Source of the DNA: Pseudomonadota bacterium
GTDB taxonomy: Bacteria > Pseudomonadota > Alphaproteobacteria > Rhodobacterales > Rhodobacteraceae
DNA length: 64,000 bases
Direction of reading: 5' to 3'
NCBI GenBank assembly: GCA_039033255.1
Contig: JBCCCZ010000001.1
Location: 12,457 to 76,456 of the forward strand
The position numbers were made by a program, and so were the translations under genes. Below are positions 9,938 to 20,051 of this stretch, one piece after another (the stretch's first letter is position 1; the number at the start of each line of letters is the position of its first letter). The notes beneath the pieces were generated by a model, which did not search any database, was not told the origin of the DNA, and was given only the letters and a program-made list of their open reading frames with translations.

Positions 9938-10129
9938 TATTGGCGCGAGGCGTAGCCGCGCTTTGGCAGGCCCCGGCGTGGCGATCCGACCTTGACGCTA
10001 GGGCGCTTTATTGTGACGTACCGCCGTATTGTCGAACGATGCGCTGATCCCACAAATTCGCCATGCCCTGGGTGGGGCCTGGCGAAGCGCGGCGGCCCCA
10101 AGGGGCCTTGATTCCGCGCGGGTGCTTCT
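9938..10129 (-). repeat. ~190 bp dispersed intergenic repeat, copy 1 (homologous to 32144-32334)
   Basis: Reverse complement aligns by eye and collinearly with 32144-32334 (AGAAGC, AAGGCCC..GGGCCGCCGCGC, GCGCATCGyTCGA, ATAAAGC, TCGCCA, AAAGCGC.GCT). Confidence 0.7.
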
Positions 10130-10139
10130 TGGCGGATAC

Positions 10140-10197
10140 TTCGACGATTCTCGAAATAATGGTTGCGGTGACAGATTATTTCTATATTACTCGAAAT
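10140..10197. promoter_or_regulatory. two putative ArsR operators
   Basis: TTCGA-N6-TCGAAATA at 10140 and TTCTA-N6-TCGAAATA at 10180, directly before the arsR ATG. Confidence 0.55.
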
Positions 10198-10533
10198 ATG
10201 AAACAGACAGCGATTCCCGATATTGATCTTGTGGGGGCAGCCTCCAGCTTTGCGGCTTTGGGCAGTGAGCAGCGTCTGGAGGTGCTGCGCGTGTTGGTGC
10301 GGGCGGGCACTGACGGCCTGAGCATTGGACAGTTGGGGGAGCGATCGGGTGTGACCGGATCGACGCTGACCCATCATATGAAGATTTTGACGCAAGCCGG
10401 GCTCGTTCGGCAAGAAAAGCAGGGGCGCAGCATCATTTGCGCGGCTGTAGCCTATGACGAATTGCGCGCGCTTTCGGCGTTTTTGCTGAAGGAATGCTGT
10501 GCGGATAGCGATGAAGGACATGGCCATGACTGA
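10198..10533 (+). CDS. ArsR/SmtB family regulator
   Basis: FAALGSEQRLEVLRVL...STLTHHMKILTQAGLV wHTH; C-terminal ECC Cys pair typical of As(III)-sensing ArsR. Confidence 0.9.
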   Translation: MKQTAIPDIDLVGAASSFAALGSEQRLEVLRVLVRAGTDGLSIGQLGERSGVTGSTLTHHMKILTQAGLVRQEKQGRSIICAAVAYDELRALSAFLLKECCADSDEGHGHD

Positions 10534-11554
10534 CGCCTCCCTCCCCTCCCCCCAGCAGATTTGGCGCAGGATCGACAAGGTTTGGCTGGCGGTTCTGGTG
10601 ATCCCGGCGCTGGTGGCGCTGCTGGATCCGCCACAGTTTTGGCCGACGATTGAGTTTGCGGCCAAGGCGTTGGCGGGGACCGCGCCGTTCATTGCTTTTG
10701 CGGTGCTGGCGGTGGCTTACATGAAAGCCACGGGGGCGGAGACGTTGCTGGCGAAGGCCTTTGAGGGGCAACAGGTGAAGATGATTTTCATGGCCGCTTT
10801 GCTTGGCGGGCTGTCGCCGTTCTGTAGCTGTGAGGTGATCCCGTTTATTGCCGCCATGCTGGCGCTTGGGGCGCCTTTGGCGGCGGTGATGGCGTTTTGG
10901 TTGGCCTCGCCTTTGATGGATCCGGCGATGTTTTTGATCACCTCGGGCAATCTGGGATGGGGCTTTGCCATCGGGAAGACCGTGGCGGCAGTCGGGCTGG
11001 GCTTGTTCGGAGGGTTTGTCACGCTGGCGGCGGCACGGACGGCTGTGTTTGCCGATCCGCTGCGGGAAAAGCCGCAGGTTGGCGGGTGCTGTGGGGTGAA
11101 AAAACCTTTTGAGGGCAAGCCGGTCTGGGCGTTTTGGCAGGAGGCGGAGCGGCGTGAGGTGTTTGGTGCCACGACGCTGGAAAACGCGGTGTTTTTGCTC
11201 AAATGGCTGGCGTTGGCCTATGTGATTGAGGCGCTGATGTTGGCCTATATTCCGGCGGAGTTGATTGCGACCGTGCTGGGTGGCGACGGAGTGGGCACGA
11301 TCATCCTGGGCGCTCTAGTGGGGGCACCGGCGTATCTCAATGGCTATGCGGCGGTGCCGCTGGTGGATGCGCTCTTGGCCCAAGGGATGAGCAACGGGGC
11401 CGCGATGAGTTTCATGATTGCGGGGGGTGTGAGTTCCATTCCGGCAGCGATTGCGGTCTGGGCGCTGGTGAAACCGCGCGTGTTCGGGGCCTATCTAGGG
11501 CTGGCCATCACGGGGGCGGTTCTGGCGGGGATGGCGTGGCAGTTGGTGGCCTGA
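10526..11554 (+). CDS. ArsP/DUF318-family permease
   Basis: Hydrophobic multi-TM protein; SPFCSCEVIP motif; GGCCG loop; coupled to arsR. Confidence 0.85.
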   Translation: MTDASLPSPQQIWRRIDKVWLAVLVIPALVALLDPPQFWPTIEFAAKALAGTAPFIAFAVLAVAYMKATGAETLLAKAFEGQQVKMIFMAALLGGLSPFCSCEVIPFIAAMLALGAPLAAVMAFWLASPLMDPAMFLITSGNLGWGFAIGKTVAAVGLGLFGGFVTLAAARTAVFADPLREKPQVGGCCGVKKPFEGKPVWAFWQEAERREVFGATTLENAVFLLKWLALAYVIEALMLAYIPAELIATVLGGDGVGTIILGALVGAPAYLNGYAAVPLVDALLAQGMSNGAAMSFMIAGGVSSIPAAIAVWALVKPRVFGAYLGLAITGAVLAGMAWQLVA

Positions 11555-11717
11555 CGCCAAAATCACGGAAAACTCAGGATTTGCGGCATAAAAAAGCCAC
11601 GATTTATTGGAAACTACCGGGTAAACGCGTCATAATGGCGTGAAATCGTAAGGCGGAAAGCCTTCATAAAGCCCTGGCCCGTAAAACCGGGGCAAATGAG
11701 CAGACCCGGAGCGCTTA

Positions 11718-12377
11718 ATGCTCGAGTTCGAAAATGTCAGCAAGTCCTTTTGGACGGGCTCTCATCGTAAGGTTATCCTGGATCGGGTGTCCTTTCGGGT
11801 GGAGCTTGGCCGGTCGCTTGGCATTTTGGCCCCCAACGGCACGGGCAAGACCACGCTCATCAAGATGATGGCGGGGTTGGAAAAGCCCGATGAGGGGGAA
11901 ATCAGGCGATCTTGTAAGGTCAGCTTTCCGCTTGGGTTCATGGGCGGCGTGATCAACCGGGTCTCCGCGATGGAGAATTCACGTTACATTGCAAAGCTTT
12001 ACGGCCTAGATCCGGATTACGTGGAAAGCTTTTGCCGGTGGCTTTGCGGGCTGGGGGAGTATTTCGATCAGCCCTTGGGCACCTATTCCTCAGGTATGCG
12101 GGCGCGGTTCAGTTTTGCGCTGATGCTGGCACTGGATTTTGATATGTATCTGATCGACGAGGGCATGCCCGGATCGACGGATGTGGAGTTCAACCGCAAG
12201 GCGGGGGATATTCTGAAGGAACGGCTGAGCAGCACAACGATTGTAATCGTGTCGCACCAGCCGGAGACGCTGGAGAAATTTGCAAGCTCGGCAGGTGTAT
12301 TGATGGGCGGCAAGTTTTATATGTTCGATACCTTGGAAGAGGCAAAGCAGCTTTATGACTACGAAACCCAAGGCTAG
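11718..12377 (+). CDS. kpsT: capsular polysaccharide export ABC ATPase (KpsT)
   Basis: APNGTGKT Walker A, YSSGMRAR signature, YLIDEG Walker B. Confidence 0.85.
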   Translation: MLEFENVSKSFWTGSHRKVILDRVSFRVELGRSLGILAPNGTGKTTLIKMMAGLEKPDEGEIRRSCKVSFPLGFMGGVINRVSAMENSRYIAKLYGLDPDYVESFCRWLCGLGEYFDQPLGTYSSGMRARFSFALMLALDFDMYLIDEGMPGSTDVEFNRKAGDILKERLSSTTIVIVSHQPETLEKFASSAGVLMGGKFYMFDTLEEAKQLYDYETQG

Positions 12378-14118
12378 AAAGTTTCGCATCAAGCGGACAA
12401 CACCGACCCCGTCGGAGGTTGCGGCGCGCGTGGATGCCGAGATCGAACAAAAGACGGCGCAGCGCCGGGCGGAGGAAGCGGCCAATACTGCGGGCGCCCA
12501 GCAGCAACCCGATCAACCCGCGCGACCGACACGGCCAGCATCGGTGCGGCCGCCGTCACAGCAGCCCTCAGCGACAGGACCGGCATCGGCTGAGATTGAT
12601 GGGACGACCGCGCAGCCAACGCACAGCCAGGCGGATGATCAGGCACCTTCCCGTGTCGGCGAGGTGCAAAGCGCGGCAGAGGTGAGCGCGTCCACTGATA
12701 TTGATGAGATTCGAAAGGAAGGCCTGACCGGGCGGCAATTGCGGATGGCGCGGCGTCTGGCGCAGAAACACGGGCTTGCGCCAACATCTGATTTTGACGC
12801 GGTGCGGCTCTTGCGGGCCAAAGGAGTGGATCCATTTCAACGGTCGAACTTCCTGGAATTGGTACAGCCGGGCCAACCCGCCGCAGAGAGTGGCGATAAG
12901 GTGCAATTGCCGCAAACCGTGCCGGTGCAGCAGATGCAGCTTCCCGCCGTCGATGGGATGACGCCGGCCGAACGGCGCGCGCAGGAAATCACAGAGATCC
13001 AGCGCGATATCGGTCGCCGCCGTCGCCGCAAGCTGATGCTGCTTCTGTCGCGGCTGGCCGCCTTTGTTTTGCTACCGACACTGGTCGTAGGGTACTACTT
13101 CTATTTCGTGGCCACACCCATGTACACGACCAAGTCGGAGTTTCTGATCCTGACGGCAGATGGTTTGGGCACAAGCCCCTCGGCGGGACTGTTCAGTGGC
13201 ACGGCGTTTGCGACAGGGCAGGATTCCATCGCGACGCAAAGCTATCTGGAAAGCAAGGACGCGATGCTGCGCCTCAATAATGATGTGGGTTTCATGGATC
13301 ACTTCAGCCAGCCCAATATCGACCCCATTCAGCGCCTTGATCCCGCCGCGACGAATGAAGAAGCTTACAAAGTGTACCGCAAATACGTAAAATTGGGGTA
13401 CGACCCGACCGAAGGTGTCATCCGGATGGAACTCTCCACCTCAGATCCGCAGGTTAGCAAGGCCTTTTCCGAAACCCTGATCGAATATGCCGAGGAACGG
13501 GTGGACCAGTTGAGCCAGGAAAAGCGGTTTGACGGGCTGCGCACGGCGGAGGCCAGTCTGGAGGACGCCAAGAGTGACCGGCGCGCGGCGCAGCGGCGGT
13601 TGGTCGAATTGCAGGAAGGCTCGATCCTGGATCCCGAAGGTGAGATCGCCAATATCCGCTCGCTGATCTCTAATGTGGAATTGCAGTTGCAGGAAAAGGA
13701 GCTGGCGCTGAACACTCAGCTCAACAATGCCCGGCCCAATCCCGCACGGGTGGCCGCGTTGCGCAGCGAAGTGGCCGTTCTTTCCGCAGAACTGACCCGG
13801 CAAAAATCGCGACTGACGGAAGCCACTGAAGGTACGGACTCTCTCGCGGCGCAAACGGCTGAAATTCAGATGGCGCAAGCAGATTTGATGACCGCCGATC
13901 TGGTGCTGCAATCGGCGTTGGAAACCAAGCGCCAGACGGAGATTGAGGCGAACAAGCAAGTCCGCTATCTGACGGTCAGCGTGAACCCGATTGCGTCGGA
14001 AGATCCATCTTATCCGCGCAAGTTCGAAAACACGCTGCTTGCGTTTTTGATCTTCGCGGGTGTCTACCTGATGTTATCACTAACGGCGTCCATCCTTAGG
14101 GAACAGGTGTCCTCCTGA
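12355..14118 (+). CDS. kpsE: capsule export inner-membrane/copolymerase protein (KpsE-like) with long N-terminal extension
   Basis: Two TM segments (FVLLPTLVVGYYFYFVATPMY and a C-terminal TM) around a coiled-coil periplasmic region; follows kpsT. Confidence 0.8.
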   Translation: MTTKPKARKFRIKRTTPTPSEVAARVDAEIEQKTAQRRAEEAANTAGAQQQPDQPARPTRPASVRPPSQQPSATGPASAEIDGTTAQPTHSQADDQAPSRVGEVQSAAEVSASTDIDEIRKEGLTGRQLRMARRLAQKHGLAPTSDFDAVRLLRAKGVDPFQRSNFLELVQPGQPAAESGDKVQLPQTVPVQQMQLPAVDGMTPAERRAQEITEIQRDIGRRRRRKLMLLLSRLAAFVLLPTLVVGYYFYFVATPMYTTKSEFLILTADGLGTSPSAGLFSGTAFATGQDSIATQSYLESKDAMLRLNNDVGFMDHFSQPNIDPIQRLDPAATNEEAYKVYRKYVKLGYDPTEGVIRMELSTSDPQVSKAFSETLIEYAEERVDQLSQEKRFDGLRTAEASLEDAKSDRRAAQRRLVELQEGSILDPEGEIANIRSLISNVELQLQEKELALNTQLNNARPNPARVAALRSEVAVLSAELTRQKSRLTEATEGTDSLAAQTAEIQMAQADLMTADLVLQSALETKRQTEIEANKQVRYLTVSVNPIASEDPSYPRKFENTLLAFLIFAGVYLMLSLTASILREQVSS

Positions 14119-14120
14119 CC

Positions 14121-14954
14121 ATGAAGACCGTATCGTTTTCCGGGCTGAGCGTTGGCAATGACCGGCCGCTCATGCTGATTGCGGGTCCGTGCCAGTTGGA
14201 AAGCGCGGATCATGCGCAGATGATTGCGGGCGTTTTGAAAGAGGCCTGCGCGGCGGCGGGAACGCAATACGTGTTCAAAGGGTCTTTCGATAAGGCCAAT
14301 CGCACTTCGATCAATGCCGCGCCCGGGTTAGGGTTAGATGACGGGCTGAAGGTTTTGCAATCCGTCAAGGACACCTTGGGCGTTCCTGTGCTGACCGATG
14401 TGCACATGAGCGAACAATGTGCGCCTGTAGCGGAGGTGTGCGATGTCTTGCAAATCCCGGCGTTTCTGTCGCGTCAGACGGCGCTCTTGCTGGCCGCCGG
14501 CGAGACGGGCGCGGTGGTGAATGTCAAAAAGGGTCAGTTTCTGGCGCCCTGGGACATGCCCAATGTGGCGGCCAAAATCGAAAGCACCGGCAACTCGAAA
14601 ATTTTCCTGACTGAGCGCGGAGCAAGCTTTGGGTATAACCGGCTTGTCGTCGACATGCAGGCGCTGCCCGAAATGGCCAAGACCGGCTTTCCAGTGGTGA
14701 TGGATGCGACCCATGCCGTGGCGCAGCCGGGGGGCCTCGGCGGGGCCTCTGGCGGGCAGCGGGAATTTGCACCAGTCCTGGCGCGCGCAGCGGTGGCAAC
14801 GGGTGTGGCGGGCGTCTTTACCGAGACACATCAGGACCCGGACAATGCTCCTTGCGACGGCCCCAACATGATCCGGCTGGAACATATGGCGGAGCTGATC
14901 GACACGCTGATGGAATTTGACAGGCTGGCCAAGGCGCGGCCCATTTCCCTTTAA
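14121..14954 (+). CDS. kdsA: KDO-8-phosphate synthase
   Basis: IAGPCQLES, FDKANRTS, QIPAFL, NVKKGQF, TERG, DATH. Confidence 0.95.
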   Translation: MKTVSFSGLSVGNDRPLMLIAGPCQLESADHAQMIAGVLKEACAAAGTQYVFKGSFDKANRTSINAAPGLGLDDGLKVLQSVKDTLGVPVLTDVHMSEQCAPVAEVCDVLQIPAFLSRQTALLLAAGETGAVVNVKKGQFLAPWDMPNVAAKIESTGNSKIFLTERGASFGYNRLVVDMQALPEMAKTGFPVVMDATHAVAQPGGLGGASGGQREFAPVLARAAVATGVAGVFTETHQDPDNAPCDGPNMIRLEHMAELIDTLMEFDRLAKARPISL

Positions 14955-14973
14955 CCTCAAGGAGAGCCCCCCG

Positions 14974-16470
14974 TTGACGAAACCCCTGTCTGAGGTGACC
15001 CCGAACACTTGGTCTTTCCTGCGCGATGCGATGATCACCCCCACCGGGTTTCGCGAATATGACGCGCGGTGGAAATACCCCGATGAGATCAACCTGCCGG
15101 GGGTGACAGCGCTTGGTCTGGGACTGGGAACGCAGATGCATGCGCGCGGGATTGAGCCTGTGATTGCGGTGGGCAATGATTACCGTGATTACTCGCTGTC
15201 CATCAAAAACGCGCTGATTGTCGGGCTGATGCAGGCGGGGATCCGGGTGAAGGATATTGGCCCTTCCCTGTCGCCGATGGCGTATTTTTCGCAATTTCAT
15301 CTGGATGTGCCTGCCGTGGCCATGGTGACGGCGAGCCACAATCCCAATGGCTGGACCGGGGTGAAGATGGGGTTTGATCGGCCGTTGACCCACGGCCCCG
15401 ATGAGATGGGCGAGTTGCGCGACATCGTTCTCCAGGGGCGTGGTGAGGCGCGGCCCGGTGGGTCCTATGAATTCGTCGATGGCGTGCGGGAGGCGTATCT
15501 TGATGACCTTGTGGGCGATTTCAAAATGTCCCGCCCGCTTAAGGTGGTCTGCGCCACGGGCAACGGGACCGCCGCGCATTTTGCGCCCATGCTGTTTGAA
15601 CGGATGGGGGTGGAGGTGGTGCATTCGCACACCGAACTTGATTACACCTTTCCCAACTACAACCCGAACCCTGAAGCGATGGAGATGCTGCATGACATGG
15701 CGGCGTCGGTGAAAGCGTCTGGGGCAGATATGGCACTTGGGTTTGACGGAGATGGCGACCGCTGCGGTGTTGTCGATGACGAGGGGGAGGAGATTTTCGC
15801 CGACAAGGTGGGCGTGATCATGGCGCGCGATCTGTCGGGGATTTATCCGGGATCGACCTTTGTGGCGGATGTGAAATCGACGGGGCTCTTTGCCTCTGAC
15901 CCGGTGTTGCAGGGCAATGGCGTGAAGGCGGATTACTGGAAGACCGGGCACAGCCACATGAAGCGGCGCGTGAAAGAGATTGGCGCGCTGGCAGGGTTTG
16001 AGAAATCGGGGCATTACTTTTTGGCGGAACCCGTGGGGCGCGGGTACGACTGCGGGATGCGGGTGGCGGTGGAGATCTGCAAGCTGATGGACCGCAATCC
16101 GGATAAATCCATGTCGGATCTGCGCCGTGCGCTGCCCACGACATATGCGACGCCGACGATGTCGCCCTATTGCGCGGACACGACCAAATATGAGGTGCTG
16201 GAGCGTCTGGTGGGCAAGCTGGTCGCGCATCACGAGGCGGGCAAACCTCTGGGGGGGCGGGCCATCAAGGAGGTGGTGACGGTGAACGGCGCGCGGGTGA
16301 TTTTGGACAATGGCAGCTGGGGGCTGGTGCGGGCCAGTTCCAATACGCCGAACCTTGTGGTCGTGTGTGAGAGTTCCAAAAGCGACGCGGAGATGCGGGC
16401 GATTTTTGCCGATATTGATGCGGTTATTCGGACGGAGCCTGAGGTGGGTGAGTACGATCAGACGATTTGA
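14974..16470 (+). CDS. phosphomannomutase/phosphoglucomutase
   Basis: TASHNP, FDGDGDR, GFEKSGH, VRASSNTP; TTG start after an AAGGAG SD. Confidence 0.92.
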   Translation: MTKPLSEVTPNTWSFLRDAMITPTGFREYDARWKYPDEINLPGVTALGLGLGTQMHARGIEPVIAVGNDYRDYSLSIKNALIVGLMQAGIRVKDIGPSLSPMAYFSQFHLDVPAVAMVTASHNPNGWTGVKMGFDRPLTHGPDEMGELRDIVLQGRGEARPGGSYEFVDGVREAYLDDLVGDFKMSRPLKVVCATGNGTAAHFAPMLFERMGVEVVHSHTELDYTFPNYNPNPEAMEMLHDMAASVKASGADMALGFDGDGDRCGVVDDEGEEIFADKVGVIMARDLSGIYPGSTFVADVKSTGLFASDPVLQGNGVKADYWKTGHSHMKRRVKEIGALAGFEKSGHYFLAEPVGRGYDCGMRVAVEICKLMDRNPDKSMSDLRRALPTTYATPTMSPYCADTTKYEVLERLVGKLVAHHEAGKPLGGRAIKEVVTVNGARVILDNGSWGLVRASSNTPNLVVVCESSKSDAEMRAIFADIDAVIRTEPEVGEYDQTI

Positions 16471-16495
16471 GCGCGACGGTCAAGTCGCGCAGGTA

Positions 16496-16942
16496 TCAGG
16501 CCACCGTCAACACAGCGCATTTTGCATTATGGGCTACACCTTGTGAGGTGCTCCCGAGGACAAGACTGCCGATATTGCCCAGACCACGGCGGCCCGTCAC
16601 GATGAGATCTGCGCCGCATTGATCGGCGCAGGCGATGAGTTCATCCACCGGATTGCCGCGAGCCGTGTAGGTTTGCGCAATCGGCTGATCACACTCTTTC
16701 GCGATTTTCGAACCCGCCGCAGTGATCTTTTCGACGGCTTGCTGTACCTCTTCGTCGGAGGGCATGGTCACGACGGCATGATACCCTGCCGCCGCCCCGG
16801 TGGCGAAAGCAACGGTTTTCGGTTGTGGCGTGTGCACAAGGTGCAGTTCTGAGCCGTATTTCTTCGCGATATCACAGGCAATCCGCAAAGCTGATTCTGA
16901 GGCCTCGGACCCGTCGATGCCGATTACAATCTTGCTGAACAT
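16496..16942 (-). CDS. universal stress protein
   Basis: KIVIGIDGSEAS; DLIVTGRRGLG...LGSTS; start at MFSK. Confidence 0.92.
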   Translation of the reverse strand: MFSKIVIGIDGSEASESALRIACDIAKKYGSELHLVHTPQPKTVAFATGAAAGYHAVVTMPSDEEVQQAVEKITAAGSKIAKECDQPIAQTYTARGNPVDELIACADQCGADLIVTGRRGLGNIGSLVLGSTSQGVAHNAKCAVLTVA

Positions 16943-17034
16943 GGTGCTCTCCTTTCCCTTTGGGGGATGAGGATAGCAGGTGTCGCATCGGCCCACATTG
17001 ATTTGCATCAAGGCGCTTTGGGGCAGGTACGGCC

Positions 17035-17328
17035 CTAAACCAAGGTGTCCATCTTTGCTGCAAGCTTGGCGTCGAGGTCGCTCAGCCCGTCCACGTCGTG
17101 GGTGGTCAGCGTCACCTCGACGGTTTTGTAGACATTGGACCATTCGGGGTGGTGGTTCAGCTTCTCCGCCCAGATGGCCGCGCGAGACATGAAGCCCCAG
17201 GCCTCGATGAAGTTCTTGAATTGATAGGTTTTGTGGATGGCATCGCGGCCCTCGACCAGTTCCCAGCCGCAGGCGGTCAATTCCGCCAAGGCGGTGGTGC
17301 GGGCGTCGCCGGTTAGTTTTTCGCTCAT
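17035..17328 (-). CDS. phhB: pterin-4-alpha-carbinolamine dehydratase
   Basis: [14 protein letters not shown]...LTTHD motif. Confidence 0.93.
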   Translation of the reverse strand: MSEKLTGDARTTALAELTACGWELVEGRDAIHKTYQFKNFIEAWGFMSRAAIWAEKLNHHPEWSNVYKTVEVTLTTHDVDGLSDLDAKLAAKMDTLV

Positions 17329-18509
17329 TCCTGTTCCTCTCTGACTTCACGGCGGAAGGGGCCGTAGCTCGTTAGAATTTCGATGTCGTTTTCCACGGCC
17401 TCACGTTCGGCCTTGAGAAACTGCGCGATGGCGTCCGCAAAGCCCGGGTCGCCCACCCAATGGAGGGAATGGGTCTCAGTCGGCATATAGCCGCGGGCGA
17501 GTTTGTGTTCGCCTTGTGCGCCGGCCTCGACGCGGGTGAGCCCGTGTTCGATGGCGTAATCCATGGCGCGGTAGTAGCAGAGCTCGAAATGCAGGAACGG
17601 GTGGTGTTCCGAGCAGCCCCAGTAGCGGCCGAACAGCGTATCGCGGCCGATGAGGTTCATGGCACCTGCCACGGGGCGGTCATCGCAGATGGCGAGGGCG
17701 AGGAGGATGTCATCGCGCAGTTGTTCATGGGCGATGTCGAAGAAACGGCGGGTGAGGTAAGGCATGCCCCATTTGCGCGCGCCGGTGTCTTGGTAAAACT
17801 GCCAGACGTAATCCCAATGCTGCGGTTCGATCTGGTCTCCGGTGAGCATCTGGATGTCGCCGCCAAACGCGTTTGCATCGCGGCGTTCGCGGCGGATGGA
17901 TTTGCGTTTGCGGGAGCTGAGTGAGGCGAGGAACGCATCAAAATCTGCATAGCCTTCGTTGACCCAGTGATATTGCGTCGAAGCGCGAGGCATGAGACCG
18001 ATATCGCCACCCGCCTCCGCTTCTGCCTCTGTGCAGAACGTGACGTGAAGCGACGACATCTTGTTGCGCGCGGCAATTTCCACCGCGCCTTGGGCGAGCG
18101 CGGACATTCCGGCCTCTTCAAAGCCAGGGCGGGTCAGGAAACGGCGCCCGGTGGCGGGGGTGAAGGGCACGGCCATTTGCAGTTTGGGGTAATACCGCCC
18201 CCCTGCCCGTTCATAGGCATGTGCCCAGTTATGATCGAAGATGTATTCACCCTGGCTGTGGGTCTTGGCGTAAAGCGGCGCGCAGGCCACGACCTGCCCC
18301 GCGATCTCGGCCACCAAGTATTGCGGATGCCAGCCTGTGCCGGTGCCGACCGATCCGCTGTCTTCAAGCGCTTTGAGGAAGCGGTAGGTGGTGAAGGGAT
18401 CAATCGGCCGTCCATCCGCCGCCTCAGGGCAGGCGCAGGCATCCCAGGTCGCCTCGGCGATGTCGCCAAGGAATTGGTGTGCTGTCAGGGTGACTGACTG
18501 GCCGTCCAT
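17325..18509 (-). CDS. FemAB-like/DUF482 GNAT-family protein
   Basis: [46 protein letters not shown]. Confidence 0.88.
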   Translation of the reverse strand: MDGQSVTLTAHQFLGDIAEATWDACACPEAADGRPIDPFTTYRFLKALEDSGSVGTGTGWHPQYLVAEIAGQVVACAPLYAKTHSQGEYIFDHNWAHAYERAGGRYYPKLQMAVPFTPATGRRFLTRPGFEEAGMSALAQGAVEIAARNKMSSLHVTFCTEAEAEAGGDIGLMPRASTQYHWVNEGYADFDAFLASLSSRKRKSIRRERRDANAFGGDIQMLTGDQIEPQHWDYVWQFYQDTGARKWGMPYLTRRFFDIAHEQLRDDILLALAICDDRPVAGAMNLIGRDTLFGRYWGCSEHHPFLHFELCYYRAMDYAIEHGLTRVEAGAQGEHKLARGYMPTETHSLHWVGDPGFADAIAQFLKAEREAVENDIEILTSYGPFRREVREEQE

Positions 18510-18560
18510 AGAACCTGCTCGTTGTGGATATCGAACTATCTGTACCAGAGCGGCGCGAGT

Positions 18561-19328
18561 TCAAGCTGGAATGGCAGCAGTGAAGCGTTCGAATGTGATA
18601 TTGTCGGAGAGCTGTCGTGCAGCGCGCTCCTCAGTCTTGCTGCGAATCGTCCAGCAGAGCACTGGCACGCCCGTTGCTCGGAGCGCCTGAACCCGGGGGC
18701 GGGAGAGATCGCTGGCGTGGTGGGAAATGAAGCTACAGTCTGCGCGGTCGTAATCGGGGATGTTGCGCAGGTGGTCACGGATCGCATCTGTCAGTTGCGG
18801 CCAGTGCCGGGTCTCATACCCGCTGGTGACAAGACCACGTGGGAGATGCGGCAACAGATTGGCCAGATGCACCACCATATTGGGATTGAAGGACATCACC
18901 GCAGCGGGGCCTTGATAGTCGCGTAGTGCATCCGCCACAGCCCGTTCCAGCGCGCCAGCGGTGACGCCCATCTGGCCGTGCTGATCTTTAAGTTCTATGA
19001 GCAAAGGCACGCGGCCTGCGACGAGGTTCAGTATTCCTGCAAAAGTTGGCACGCCTTCGTTGCCCCCGGTCAGAGTGATGTGGCTCAGCTCATCTGCATC
19101 CCGGGCGCGCACATCGCCTGTCTCTCCGGTCAGGCGGTCGAGATCATAGTCGTGGAAGACCATCGCCTGATCATCGCGGCTGAGTTGGAGATCCATCTCA
19201 ATGCCATAGCCTGCTGCAATGGCGGCCTCAATGGCCGCGCGGGAATTTTCCGGGCGGCCCTGCGCCACATCATGAAACGCGCGATGGGCGATGGGCCGGG
19301 TCAAAAAAACCTCAGGCAGTGGTGTCAT
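18561..19328 (-). CDS. glycerophosphodiester phosphodiesterase family
   Basis: IAHRA, PENS, IEMDLQLS, VFHD, LIELK. Confidence 0.9.
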   Translation of the reverse strand: MTPLPEVFLTRPIAHRAFHDVAQGRPENSRAAIEAAIAAGYGIEMDLQLSRDDQAMVFHDYDLDRLTGETGDVRARDADELSHITLTGGNEGVPTFAGILNLVAGRVPLLIELKDQHGQMGVTAGALERAVADALRDYQGPAAVMSFNPNMVVHLANLLPHLPRGLVTSGYETRHWPQLTDAIRDHLRNIPDYDRADCSFISHHASDLSRPRVQALRATGVPVLCWTIRSKTEERAARQLSDNITFERFTAAIPA

Positions 19329-19786
19329 TTGATCTCAAAGATCCCTTCAATTTCGACGGCCACACCGAAGGGAAGCGAGGCGGCGGACACCGCCGAGCGG
19401 CTGTGCTTGCCTGCATCCCCCAACGCTTCGCCGAGGAAATCTGAGGCGCCATTTACCACAGCGGGTTGTTCGCCATAATCAGCAGTGGAATTGACAAACC
19501 CGGTCAACTTTACCACCCGCACCAGACGATCCAGATCGCCACCGCAGGCGGCTTTGACCTGCGCCAGAAGATTGATCGCACAGGCCTTTGCCGCCTCCGC
19601 GCCTGCGGCGGTTTCCATATCGGCACCCAGCTTGCCCACCATCAGGTTGTCGCCAAGTTTCGGCAGTTGACCAGAGACAAAGAGCGTATTGCCCACCTGC
19701 ACGTAGGGCACATAATTGGCTGCGGGCATCGGGGCCTCGGGCAGTGTGACGCCCATGTCAGCAAGCTTGGTTTCGAATTGTCTCAT
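19325..19786 (-). CDS. RidA/YjgF family protein
   Basis: PAANYVP, VSGQLP, NGASD, HSRSAV, VEIE. Confidence 0.9.
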   Translation of the reverse strand: MRQFETKLADMGVTLPEAPMPAANYVPYVQVGNTLFVSGQLPKLGDNLMVGKLGADMETAAGAEAAKACAINLLAQVKAACGGDLDRLVRVVKLTGFVNSTADYGEQPAVVNGASDFLGEALGDAGKHSRSAVSAASLPFGVAVEIEGIFEIK

Positions 19787-20051
19787 TGGGGCCTCCAGGT
19801 TCTAAGGTCATCGCGGCGCGTCAGGCGCACGCTAACCACTTTGCAGCCGGTGTGAAATCGCAAATCAACTGAGGCCGGTCGGCAGGAATGTCAAAGTTCA
19901 GTAGAAATTTGCGGCAGCTCTGGCCCAGGACTTGCGAAACGGGCGAAAAATGGCCTAAGCGACAAGGGTCAAAGAGATGCCAACCGTATTTTTCACCATC
20001 CGCATCTCGGTACGCCTGTTTGATTGTTTATGTCCATGGTAGGCCTTAATA

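Noticed and set aside
11649-11694. Two small hairpins upstream of kpsT (AAGGC-GGAAA-GCCTT; GCCCTGG..CCGGGGC)
   Set aside because: Too short to separate from chance in GC-rich DNA; no known RNA family recognised
14818-16233. 471-aa minus-strand ORF and many similar overlapping ORFs across the window
   Set aside because: Antisense to well-supported genes (here PMM/PGM); no motifs
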